DNA from: Octopus sinensis
Lineage: Eukaryota
Length of the DNA: 53,928 nucleotides
NCBI RefSeq assembly: GCF_006345805.1
Contig: NW_021833863.1
Coordinates: 1-53,928, forward strand
Reading direction: 5' to 3'
The translations under genes and the position numbers were made by a program. The notes below the pieces were generated by a model that worked only from the letters and a program-made list of their open reading frames with translations, was not told the origin of the DNA and did no database searches. Positions 1-11,129 of the stretch are shown piece by piece. The stretch's first letter is position 1. Each line of letters begins with the position of its first letter.

Positions 1-223
1 ATAAGGGCAGGAAATAGGTATATCTACTATAACATAGGTTTAGCAGAACAAACAGGATGAAGAAAAGTTTTCGCACACACATCTAGACTAAATTTTTAAT
101 CGGGGGGAGTTACAAAGTGACTACAGGGGTGAGAGATTGGGCATAGCATTTATCCGAGTGTTCGAAACTTGGTTTTAATAGCCACTTAGTAACAAGCAAA
201 AACTAAAAATTATAGTAATAACA

Positions 224-259
224 CACCACCACCACCACCACCACCACCACCAACCACTA

Positions 260-296
<37 letters not shown>

Positions 297-330
297 TGCA
301 CTTACCTACTACTAATACTAATAAACTAAT

Positions 331-378
<48 letters not shown>
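224..378. repeat. Compound microsatellite (CAC)n-(ACT)n-(AAT)n
   Basis: Direct reading. Confidence 0.95.
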
Positions 379-379
<1 letters not shown>

Positions 380-931
380 CCTGATGCAGTACCAGGCAGT
401 GGCTCTCGTGGCTTCTGATCTTAACTATTTGGAAGTGTTATCATGTATATTGTTTTGTCTTGGTATAAAAGACGGGCTACAGCAAATATTCTGGTCATTA
501 CCTCAGATTTGTTTGTCAGTTGTTTGACCTTTACCAGTTGACCATGTCCTTTAGTGGCTGACGATATGTGCATCTCTGACCACAAGCAGAAATAGTGGGG
601 GAGCATCATAGCCGTGTGTTGAGAGGGATTCTTTGGAGTTTGAATAATTCACATTTGGAAACATGGGTGTTTCGTTCAACGCCCTTAAACAATCCATATT
701 CAGGGACCTTTTGAGCGGGATGGGTTACTCGACGAGAAGAAAATTCTAACTGGGCCCGACCTGCAAGGTCATGCGCTGTTTATCTTGATATGAGATCACC
801 ATGCCGTGCTCATATGGTTGTGATACATGTTCCTAGTGTATCCTTATCAGCCGGGTAATCATGATAGGTATACTGGGCTTCGTATATTTTACCCAAGTGT
901 CACTTTGATGGCATGCACTGTTCTCTCACTC
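378..931 (-). mobile_element. Unclassified ~550 bp non-coding element between two (AAT)n tracts
   Basis: Complex sequence with (AAT)n on both sides. The minus-strand 3' end is a hairpin, TGCCTG-GT-ACTGC-AT-CAGGCA, directly followed by (TTA)n. Only one copy in the window. Confidence 0.4.
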
Positions 932-938
932 AATAATG

Positions 939-971
<33 letters not shown>

Positions 972-1077
972 TAATAATAATAATAATAATAATAAGATAA
1001 TAATAATAATAAAAAATTTTTTTTAATAATAATAATAAGAAGAAGAAGAAGAATAACAATAATAATAATAATAATAA

Positions 1078-1108
<31 letters not shown>

Positions 1109-1248
1109 AAGAAGAAGAAGAAGAAGAAGAAGAAGAAAAGAAGAAGAAGAAGAAGAAGAAGAAGAAGAAGAAGAAGAAGAAGAAGAAGAAGAAGAAGAAG
1201 AAGAAGAAGAAGAAGAAGAAGAAGAAGAAGAAGAAACAATAATAATCA
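932..1248. repeat. (AAT)n/(AAG)n microsatellite
   Basis: Direct reading; source of the poly-L/F/S ORFs. Confidence 0.95.
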
Positions 1249-1324
1249 TAAGTGCAGAATAGACAACACTAGCGATAGCGAAAAATGCAGAATGTGTGGT
1301 GAGAGGGTTAGATTATCATGTAGT

Positions 1325-1845
1325 GTTGCTATTACTTTTATCCCATGCACTCCTGATCAAGTGGGCAAGCTCCAGGGTCTCGACAGTTACAATTGGGAGT
1401 GGGCTCTTGCTGGTATTTACAGGCAATGATGCTCTTCATACTGGGAAAGCAGCTATTTGATAGTTCCATTGAGCATCTGTTAAATGATCTTTCTGTTTTC
1501 GTGATTCTTCTGGAAAATGGTTATCTAAGGGAGACAAGAATCTCTTACCTACGTCAGTTTTAACATTTAGGAAAAAGTGAGTGTGGACTAAATTATTTTC
1601 CAAGGTCTATTCCTAGATCTATTTTCATGATTCATATTATTACTAGAAGAATTGTAGTATACCTTATCTTTGAAACCACTATTATCTAAAACGTTTTATA
1701 GTAAGGGCCTGCACTATCAAAACAGTCTTTTGAACAGAGATTTGATATACTATTACTAGTGTTAGCTATCAGGTTTTTAAACACTACAGGGAGTGGTATG
1801 ACTGTTTATGTATGTAGGAAAGTTTCTCGTTAGGTTTATAAGAGT
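1325..1845 (-). mobile_element. Decayed Penelope-like element fragment (RT thumb and RT-endonuclease linker)
   Basis: Hand translation across frameshifts and stops gives YKPNEKLSYIHKQSYH...FSLNVKTDVGKRFLSPLDNHFP...SNSCFPSMKSII...CNCRDPGACPLDQEC. This matches the PLE pattern KPN..L.YI...S.HP / FS.NVKT.VGK.FL..LD.HFP / CNCR....CPL. Confidence 0.75.
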
Positions 1846-1894
1846 GATAATTTAGGCCTAGGGAAATAATAAATCGACGTTTGACATTAATAGT

Positions 1895-2035
1895 AACAGA
1901 TTAATAGACTGACTCCAGACTTTAAAAAGAATAAGTACAGAGGGAGGTGGTCGATTTGATCGATTAAAAACCTTCAAGGGTTTACTCCAATATGGCTGCA
2001 GTCCAATGGCTGAAACAGGTAAAAAAATAAAAGAA
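1895..2035 (+). mobile_element. SINE-B 3' fragment (diverged)
   Basis: ...CTCCAATATGGCTGCAGTCCAATGGCTGAAACAGGTAAAA resembles the SINE-B tail seen in other copies. Confidence 0.65.
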
Positions 2036-2362
2036 TATCTAGAAATACACCCGTACACACACATACACACACACAAAAAAAACACACACACACATAAATA
2101 TATGCATACACATTTACAGCAGTATCGGGAAAAATTATATATATATTATATCTTCGAATTTCAAGAGGGGATGAGGCGTGAATGAATTTTTCTTGTTTGT
2201 TGTAGTTCGAAACGGATTGGTGAATGCTCGACCAATTAAAATATTCGGTCGAGCGAAGAGTTCACAGATATATTTGCAATCCTGTCAACATTGTTAATGA
2301 AGAGGAAGTTACATGAGTCGATGGGTATAAAGTTGTAGATGTAAAAGATCACGTTTGGAAAT

Positions 2363-2388
2363 GGGTGGGGAGGGGTGGGGGTGGGGGG
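2363..2388 (+). other. G-quadruplex-forming motif
   Basis: GGGTGGGGAGGGGTGGGGGTGGGGGG: five G-runs with 1-nt loops. Confidence 0.6.
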
Positions 2389-4432
2389 TAAATGTCAGGT
2401 GAGTTTAGTCGGTGCAGATCGTTTAGAATGGCGAATGATACGAGAAGATGAAGTTGGTGAACCAAGGAAACTGTTGATATCAAAAGCTGCACGTAAGGTT
2501 ATCTAGGAGAGCGAAGATGTTTGACAAATTATCTTAATTAAACAAGAGAAAGGGTAGTAGTTATGCTAGGAAGAGAGTTGGGGAGTAATAGAAGGGGCAT
2601 GGTAATTTTGGGGAGGTTAGTGGGCACTAGTTCCAGTTAAAATTATTGGAAAATATTTACTGTTCATGTTCAAGTGACTTTTGCGTGTCACTGTATGATA
2701 ATGGTGGTTGGTTCGTAGTGGTGATGGAGGTATGTGGACTGCGTATCGTAACATAGCTCACCATTTGTGTTTGAATGCTGCACTTGGAGAGTAAACATAT
2801 GAATACATGAGTCTCAGAGGTGGGTTGTAATAGGTTCTCTAGAAGTCTTACAAAAGGTTCCAACTTACAACCGGATTAAGGTTCAAAGGCCAGGTGGTTC
2901 GTTAATTGATATATCTAGAAGAAAAATAGTTTAATCGATAAAGCTCTGAGATGTAACAATAAATAAACTGATGAAGCCGTCGGGTAAATACAGACTGACT
3001 AATCGATGTTGTTACACTGTAAATATAAACTGGTCGATATAATTACACAAAGTCAATACTAACTAATCGATATAACAACAATGTGAAGATAGATAAATTA
3101 TTGAATGTAGCTTAGCATCAATCATGTTATCTTTTCACCGAAACATCTCCCTTGTACATCTTCATCACATCATCTACGGCATATTTGTTAAACAAACCTA
3201 AATTAATACCTCACTATCCAAATAGTTAACAAAGTGAGGAGTTCTTACCAGTTGTCTTAGTGCTAGAAATAGTAGCCTGATCTCTCTTGATTCGAAAACT
3301 GTTTTTAAGAAAACATATCAGACGCTATAGTCCTTGATATAAAAGTAAAGAGACGGTGTGGTCAGTTCTTGAAAGACAATCAACGACTTTTCTCCAATGT
3401 TCTCGATTCTGGTCTGTTTTGTCTGTTTTCCTTCTTTGGATCCCTGCTGTTTCACCTTTTTATTTTCACCTCAGTATCCTGCCTTCCCTGAAGGAAGGCT
3501 TTCATATCCCAGATCTTGTTAGTTTTGATTTGTCATTGATGGTTCTGTAACTGATTTTTATTAGGTTGAGGCGTGGGCCCTATGAAAGCCCATTTTTATC
3601 TGTGAAAAGTGGTGGTTCGTATTAGCTGGCCTCTATCCTTTGACCTGCACAGTACAGGAGGCCTTATGAGAAGCTTGTGCTCTACTGGCATAGTTCTCAG
3701 TTCATTGAAATTCACAAGCCATCACACAGCAACAACGACTGGTCCTTGTAATGGTCTGCTTGTTTAGGGCCTACTTTACTCATTAATATGGTTACCACTA
3801 ACAATGGGTTTTCGAAATTTTACGAGGTTGTTTAATATTAATAGACATAACGATCAAATTTCCCTCAGCTTTTTACAAGTAAGGGAATATTAGTTAGATT
3901 ATGCCTTCAGAAAAGAAAAAGCAGAATGACCACGGTAGGAACGCTTTTTATCATTTGTTTGTTTGATCATGTTAGACCATTAGCTCAACATCAAAACAAA
4001 CTCTTAAGATCTGAATTGGATTATAAATATCAATTAAACGAATTATGAAAAAATCTCCTTGCTACAAAAATGTTGAGCACATACGTGCCTGTAGCTTTCT
4101 AACCTAAACCAGGGGTTAGTATAAAGTGTTTTCTCGCTGTCATAACAACGAAACACCTTTACTTCAAAATGAACTCATGTTATTCATATTTCGAATTCGA
4201 TTTACACTAGCTCTGCCATTTTGTATTTTAACGAGTCAACAGTGTTGCATCTATACAGCCACATGAACTCCGAAAACTATCAGATAAATTTTTATAATAA
4301 CCCACACATAATTTATTTTACTGTAAATTGAAGGACATGCCGGTCTTCATGGTTTAGTTACATAATGGGACGTGATGGTCACGGTTAGAGTGCCATTGTC
4401 ATAGTTATATTGATTCAGCAAACCGGGAGTAA

Positions 4433-4448
4433 AACTACTACTACTACA

Positions 4449-4511
<63 letters not shown>

Positions 4512-4515
4512 GCTG

Positions 4516-4556
<41 letters not shown>

Positions 4557-4560
4557 GCTA
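4433..4560. repeat. (ACT)n microsatellite
   Basis: Direct reading. Confidence 0.95.
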
Positions 4561-4591
4561 TATATGTATAGTTTGCCTCTTTGCATTAGAG

Positions 4592-4941
4592 CTGTCGTTC
4601 TCAAACGGTGCGCCACAAGAAGTATTTATTGGCGCCGCAGTTTTTTATTTTCTTCGAAATATAATTTAAGTCTTTATAGAAAATCTACACTAATGCTTGA
4701 GTATCTTGAAAAACGTGCTTTTCATAATTTCGTTACACGCAAAAATGATTAATAAAGTGTGAAAAGAAATCATTTTTAATATTTTTCGTAAGTTAATAAC
4801 TTTAAAACAGCCTCACCTTACATTTCAAATTAGAATAGAAAGTAAGACAATAATTTTATACGTTCAATAAGAAGTGCCTCGGTTAGTTTTACATTTAATC
4901 ACCAAAGCACCACAAAATGAAAAAATGATTGCAAGCCACTG
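4592..4941. mobile_element. Possible decayed hAT-type MITE
   Basis: Ends CTGTCGTTCTCAAAC... and ...GATTGCAAGCCACTG resemble CAGTGGTTCTCAA-type hAT TIRs; the 8-bp TSD is not conserved. Confidence 0.35.
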
Positions 4942-5152
4942 AGCAACTAACAGCAGAGAGAAAATAAAACACTATACAGTAAAAGTATTTATCTTATTTT
5001 GTGTCTAGTCAGTTACATGTAAGGAAAAAACAATAGTTTATAATTGGTGCCAATTTTTATCGATTTCCGAAAACACAGGAAATAAAAAAAATAAATGAAA
5101 ATCGCCGAAGTCATTAAGATTCGAACTCTGCACAAAATGGGTGAAAAAAAAA

Positions 5153-5373
5153 GAACTTTTCTACTCTAGGTACAGAGGTATGAAATTTTTGCGGGGAGGG
5201 GACCCAGTCGATTAGACCGATGCCAGTACGAAACTGGTACTTAATTTATTGACCTTGAAGGGATGAAAGGCAAAATCAACATCAGCGGAATTTGAACTCA
5301 GAACGTAAAGACAGACGTACTCCCGCTAAGCATTTCACCTGGGGTGCTAACGTGTCTGCCAGCTCGCCGCCTT
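5153..5373 (-). mobile_element. SINE-A, full length, tail type 1
   Basis: tRNA-like head GGCGGCGAGCTGGCAG, B-box-like GAGTTCAAATTCC, central TTTGCCTTTCATCC..GGTCGATAAATTAAGTACCAG, tail CCTAGAGTAGAAAAG; many copies in the window. Confidence 0.9.
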
Positions 5374-5731
5374 TGCACAATGAACTAAAAGAACTAGTTG
5401 TTAAGCATTTTAGTCAATAAATAAAGTATGTGAACCGGCAGGGTCCGAAAGACGTCTTGCAGTATTTATTCCAAATTTTCGCGCTCTGAGTTCAATTTCA
5501 GCCGATGTCATCTTTCCATCGTTTAAAGGTCGATGGACGAATTCACAAACCAGAGCGGTGGATGGAGGATTTTAATAAAGCATCGGACGAGGTGTTTTGA
5601 GATATCCGTTCGAAAGCTTTGCATTCTAAATCCAAACCCTACCTCCTGTTACCCTTCTCCATGTGACAAGAAATGAGGCCTTCGGGATGTGACTTATGGT
5701 GTTAGCGTTCCAATATTATATTGAGCAATAT

Positions 5732-5975
<244 letters not shown>

Positions 5976-6007
5976 TTTTCTTATGTATCCAGAAGATAGA
6001 TTTATTT

Positions 6008-6113
6008 TGTACAACGGTCGTTTCGACCCATCCTGCTACTCTCCCTTACAAGTGGAACTCCGTTCAATATGTTGTGTTGCATCCATTTTGCAATCTGGGT
6101 CTCATCAGGTACA
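6008..6113 (-). ncRNA. Minimal type I hammerhead ribozyme (Penelope-terminus type)
   Basis: Stem I UGUAC/GUACA; core CUGAUGA; stem II GACCCA/UGGGUC around a ~65-nt insert; GAAA; stem III ACG-AC-CGU; triplet GUU. Confidence 0.75.
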
Positions 6114-6605
6114 TTCATACATATAGTTGTGTCTCACTGAAGATCCTAAGTTTTGGCTGTTATGTTATGTACCCGTCTGGTTAACGAATGAAACGTTGAA
6201 GAATTTTCAATTACTGTTATTTTTCAATGATAAGAATTTCAAACGTTTGTAAATATAGACAAATAACTTTCGATAAAAAAAAATTGTAGAGGAAGTGAAT
6301 GGATGGACATGGATGGATTGAGTTTCACTGGATTTAAGACAAGGGAATGGTGCTAGAAAAAGGAAGGGAAAGATAAAACGTCTGGGTGCGAAAGGTTGTT
6401 TAGCTGGCTAGCTTAGGCTGGGATGCGCATTCAGACATTCGCACACCCACCCGCTCATTCATATTCTCTCACAAGGGATGTTGGTCCACCCGCCCATAAT
6501 GATCAATTTCAGCCGTAGTTTGTATTATTTATGGCTGGAAGACAACCTCACCAGAAGTCTGTCTTAACAGCCGACTCATCTATATCACCGTAGGTGGATC
6601 ACAAA

Positions 6606-6672
6606 TGTATGTATATATATGTATAATTATATATATATATAATATATATAATATATATATATTATATATATT

Positions 6673-6703
<31 letters not shown>

Positions 6704-6789
6704 CATAGAGAAAATGAGAGGGGAGGGAGAGAGAAAGAGAGGAAGAGGGAAGGAGAAAGAGGAGAGAGACAGACAGACAGACAGACAGA
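6606..6789. repeat. (TA)n, (GA)-rich and (CAGA)n microsatellites
   Basis: Direct reading. Confidence 0.9.
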
Positions 6790-8019
6790 CCGTGATTGTG
6801 TCAAAACATTGCAGAACTTGAAGTTAGTCAATAAATTTGCCGTGAGGAGTGTAAATAGCTGAAATCTCAGACAAAGGCTCCTCAATGAGTTGGTCATAAA
6901 ATGGCCGACTGAAGTGAAGGAAGAGGACGCCATTTCTCTCGCCAGCTAAACTTATTAAGGCAACGAACTTTAAGCTCGCTTTCTATCTTTTCTTATATGA
7001 CTACGTAGACAATCACAGCATTCTTTCATTCGAGAGCGGCTTTTTGTTTCCTCATTTACTGCACCTGGTATCGAAACCATTCTCTTATAAAGGTGAAAAA
7101 GAAAAAAAGAAGAGAAACCGGAGACTTGATTGTACGACAATGGAGGCAAGAACTGCTACCTTGCGCACATTTACTCAAACTCGTGGACACATAAAAGCAT
7201 TATATGCGCGTGGATTACACATATATACGCAGGCACAATCGTTCATTCTACCTATCTTTATTCTCACTCTCGCTGTTTGTCACCTTTTCTTTCTCGCCTT
7301 CACTGAATCTGTCGTTTCTCTCTCTCTCGCTCTTTCTCTTTCCATCACAATGGCCACATGGAAACCCTCAAACATTAGTAACAACTGAACTGTTATGACA
7401 TAATTATCGCCCTCATCAACAGCGGGTTTCTTTCATTTTCAATTATGAGTGGTCGGTTAAAATTGAATTTTCCCCACTAATTTGTATTCCCTTCAAATTC
7501 TGAACAGAAGAAAAAGAAAATATAACAAACACGAAAATAAGAAACTAAACGAAGAACCAAACATAAATAAAAAGAAAAAGAACATTAAAAAAAAATACAT
7601 ATAAACATTGTAAACATAAAATTACCACAACCACACCACACCACAACACTCCACACACCACACACCATCATCCCTACCCTACCCATCCCACGAATTTCTG
7701 GTTTCTTTTTTTTTTGTGTGTGTATGTGTGTGTGTGTTTTGTTTTGTTTCATTTCCAACAAGAATTTCATCGTTTTCGTTTCAAGTTATATTTTATTATA
7801 GTTTTATATCTGTCTTGTGTAACATGACTGACTTGCTACGTCTTTCAAAGTAAACATTAGATTTTAAATTGAACTTAAATACATTCTACAATGACGGTTG
7901 GAACATGTTAATTTAAAACTGTTCTTCTTTTATATTTCTCTAGTTGACCAACAACTACTTAGAGAGAGCGAACAAGCTGACTACAAGCTATCTACTTACA
8001 AACAACTACCACTGCCATA

Positions 8020-8024
8020 CCACC

Positions 8025-8058
<34 letters not shown>

Positions 8059-8156
8059 CAACAAAAACAACCACCACCACCACCACTATCATCATCATCA
8101 TCATCATCATCATAGCTGCAGTAGCGGCAGCATCGTCGCTTTATATTGTTAGTTTG

Positions 8157-8187
<31 letters not shown>

Positions 8188-8338
8188 GTCCATCATCAAC
8201 ATCATAGTCATGTTCATTATCGTCTTCATCATCATCGTCGTCTTCATCATCAACATCATCACCATCACTACGACCACGACCACTACCACTACCACCACCA
8301 CCACCACCACCACTAACACCACCACTACCACCACCACC

Positions 8339-8369
<31 letters not shown>

Positions 8370-8417
8370 CCACCACCACCACCACCACCACCACCACCAC
8401 CACCATCCATCATCATC
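8020..8417. repeat. Compound (CAC/CAA/CAT)n microsatellite
   Basis: Direct reading. Confidence 0.9.
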
Positions 8418-8572
8418 AGTTTTTATTTTTTTTATTTTTCTTCTTCATTCTTCTATACTTCTTTATATAGTTTAGCGTCAAAAATCTTTTAGTGTTAGAA
8501 GCAGCAACCAATTGAAACTCAAATATTACATTTTCAAACCATGTTTTAGAAATAAATGCAACATTGAATATC

Positions 8573-8771
8573 TCCATTATTTACATTATTTACACTTGAC
8601 GGATATTTGTCCTCATCTTGTTTGTTGTTAACACAACGCTTCGTCTAATATACTCTCCATCCTTCATCTTGGAGAAATTTCGAACCTGGGTTCTCATTCC
8701 CTAAGGTATTTTTCGATGTTATTATTATTATTATTATTATTGTGTTGTTGTTGTTGTTGTTGTGTTGTTGA

Positions 8772-8844
<73 letters not shown>

Positions 8845-9043
8845 TGTTGTTCTTGTTGTTGTTGTTGTTGTTGTTATTATTATTATTCAGGTCATCGAAA
8901 AAATACCTTAGGAATGAGAACCCAGATTCGAAATTTCCCCAAGGCACCTGATGAAGGCTGGAGGGTATATCAGCCGAAACGTTGTGTTAACAACAAACAA
9001 GATGTGGACAAATATCTGTCAAGTGTAAATCATGTAAATAATG
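8573..9043. mobile_element. Foldback element: ~145-bp inverted arms (8573-8717 and 8894-9043) around a (TTA/TTG)n core; Penelope-terminus-like
   Basis: The reverse complement of the left arm aligns with the right arm throughout (ATCGAAAAATACCTTAGG..GAATGAGAACCCAG..TTCGAAATTT..CGTTGTGTTAACAACAAACAAGATG..GTCAAGTGTAAAT). The right arm carries a hammerhead core. Confidence 0.85.
8943..8988 (+). ncRNA. Dimer-only minimal type I hammerhead
   Basis: Stem I GGCAC/GUGUU; CUGAUGA plus extra A; stem II GGCUG/CAGCC; GAAA; stem III reduced to the palindrome ACGU; triplet GUU. Confidence 0.65.
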
Positions 9044-9151
9044 TACATAATTCCTTATCTCTTAAATATAGAACTGTATTGAATATCTTGTCCGATATAT
9101 ACAATGCTCGGAAGAAAGATGGCGTGGTTAAAGTTGGAAAATTGGAACAAC

Positions 9152-9382
9152 TTTTATCTCTTACTTGTTTCAGTCATTAGACTGCGGCCATGCTGGAGCA
9201 CTGCTTTGAAAAATTCTTAGTCGAACGAATCGACCCCAGTACTCGTCAATCTATCTAAAGCCTGATACTTATACTATCGGTTTTTTTTTGCCGAACCACT
9301 AAGTTACGAGGACGTATACATACAAACACCGGTTGTCAAGCGGAAGTGTGGGACAAACACATGCACACAAACACACGCACAC

Positions 9383-9443
<61 letters not shown>

Positions 9444-9590
9444 GCACACAACGCTGACCAAATCCACTCACAAGGCTTTGGTCAACCAGAGGCTATAGTA
9501 CAAGACACCTGTGCAAGGTGCCACGCAGTTGGACTGAACCCGGAACGATATGGTTGGAAAGTAAGCTTCTTACCACAGGGCCACACCTGT
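9152..9590 (-). mobile_element. SINE-B (CORE-like tRNA SINE with internal (TA)n)
   Basis: Head, CORE-like GGCACCTTG..CAAGTGTCTT, internal TA/TG tract, tail CTCCAGCATGGCCGCAGTC..GACTGAAACAAGTAA. Confidence 0.85.
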
Positions 9591-9604
9591 TAATCTGTTC
9601 ATTA

Positions 9605-9910
9605 AAGCTGCGTGTTAGCAGAATCGTTAGCACGTCGAGTAAAATGCACAACGGCACCTCTTCCGGTTCGTGACGTTCTGAGTTCATATCCCAGCAAAGT
9701 CAACTTTGCCTTTCACCCCGCTCCGGAGTCGAGAATATAAGTACTAGTCAAGTACTGGTTTTGATGTAATCGACTTGCCTCCCATTCTCTTCGAAAATTA
9801 CTGACCTTGAACTCTGCTATGGACCGGTGTCCCGTTCAAGGTTTCGTTGTCTTCTTGGCCAATTATATGCCACGGAACCCGGGCGACCGACCTAATGACC
9901 ACGAAGACTC
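9605..9910 (+). mobile_element. Diverged SINE-A followed by a different 3' segment
   Basis: SINE-A head and central domain to ~9812, then CTCTGCTATGGACCGGTGTCCCGTTCAAGG...ATGCCACGGAACCCGGG. Confidence 0.7.
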
Positions 9911-10232
9911 AAGGAAAAAAACAAACAAAAGAAATTAAAAAAAAACATCCTTGCTCATTGAAGTGTACACCATTATTACTTACACAGGCTCAACTACATA
10001 AATGTGTGTAACTAGAAGCTAACATTATTTTACCAAGGCAAGAAGGATGAAAAAACAAAATTTGTCATCGGGTGCCCAACCAACAAATAAGCAACGAATA
10101 CAACATATCCTATTTCTGAAATATCTGTGGTGCACAATCTTTTCCGCGCAAGACGAAGCAGAAGTAGAAATATGAATTTGAATTTCAAGTTAAAGAATAA
10201 GCGAATGCCGCATAGAGATGACATTCTTTTGT

Positions 10233-10476
10233 TCTTTTATTCTTTTATTTGTTTCAGTCATTTTGACGGCGGCCATGCTGGAGTACCACCTTTTAGTCGA
10301 AGAATTCGACCCCAGGACATAATCTTTGTAAGCCCGTATTTATTCTATCGGTCTCTTTTGCCGAAACGCTAAAATTACCGGGACGTAAACACATCAGCAT
10401 CGGTTGTCAAGCGATGGTGGTGGTGGTAGTGATAGGGACAAACACAAAGACACACACACACACATACACATGCATG

Positions 10477-10524
<48 letters not shown>

Positions 10525-10661
10525 GACAGGCTTCCGTCTACTAGTTTCCGTCTACCAGATCCACTCACAAGGCTTTGGTCGGCCCGAAGCTGTTGTAGAA
10601 GATACTTGCCCAAGGTGACACGCAGTGCGACTGAACCCGGGACCATGTCGCTGGGTAGCAA
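10233..10661 (-). mobile_element. SINE-B
   Basis: Same modular sequence as the other copies. Confidence 0.9.
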
Positions 10662-10772
10662 TTATTATTTTTTTTTTTATCTATTACGAAGTTTTTACAA
10701 TTCTCTCAGTAAAAACACCAGCCATACTATATTACCACCGGCACCAGCAACTACCAGCAAGAAGCTGCCTAC

Positions 10773-10970
10773 GTAGTTGACTTGCTAAAATTAACGGCCA
10801 AATGTCATTCAAATTGCATCCTAATCTCTTACAGTAAGGAAATATTAGGAGAGATTGTGTTAGAGGTCAATTTATATCAGAAGAAATGGAGGAGTATGTA
10901 ACGACTGGAATGCATTACATCACCGATCTCGTCGTTCAGGATTGATTTTGGTCCGAACAATAACAAGAAC
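10773..10970 (+). mobile_element. Old unclassified ~200-bp repeat (family D)
   Basis: Weakly alignable by eye with 3795-3995(+), 34487-34710(+) and 42785-42975(-); shared CAAAT(T/G)TC..TCAAAT..CA.CCTA start and AACAACAAGAAC-like end. Confidence 0.45.
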
Positions 10971-11129
10971 TAAACTGTCAACGACAACAAAACAACAACA
11001 ACAACAACAACGGAACCAGCTGCATCAACAACACTTACAATACGAACAGTGGCAACAGCGTTGTTGAGTAGTACCAACACAACTAGTACTACGACTACGA
11101 CTACGACAAACAACCTCCAGTAATACAAA

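Noticed and set aside
2968-2990. CTGATGAAGCCGTCGGGTAAA as a hammerhead
   Set aside because: The GAAA box is broken and no stem I or III can be formed
3350-3660. Possible RTE C-terminal remnant on the minus strand (DQNREHWRKVV)
   Set aside because: Only one short motif is recognisable, too weak to call
6137-6200. Plus-strand CUGAAGA...GAAACGUU next to the 6-kb hammerhead
   Set aside because: Neither stem I nor stem II pairs
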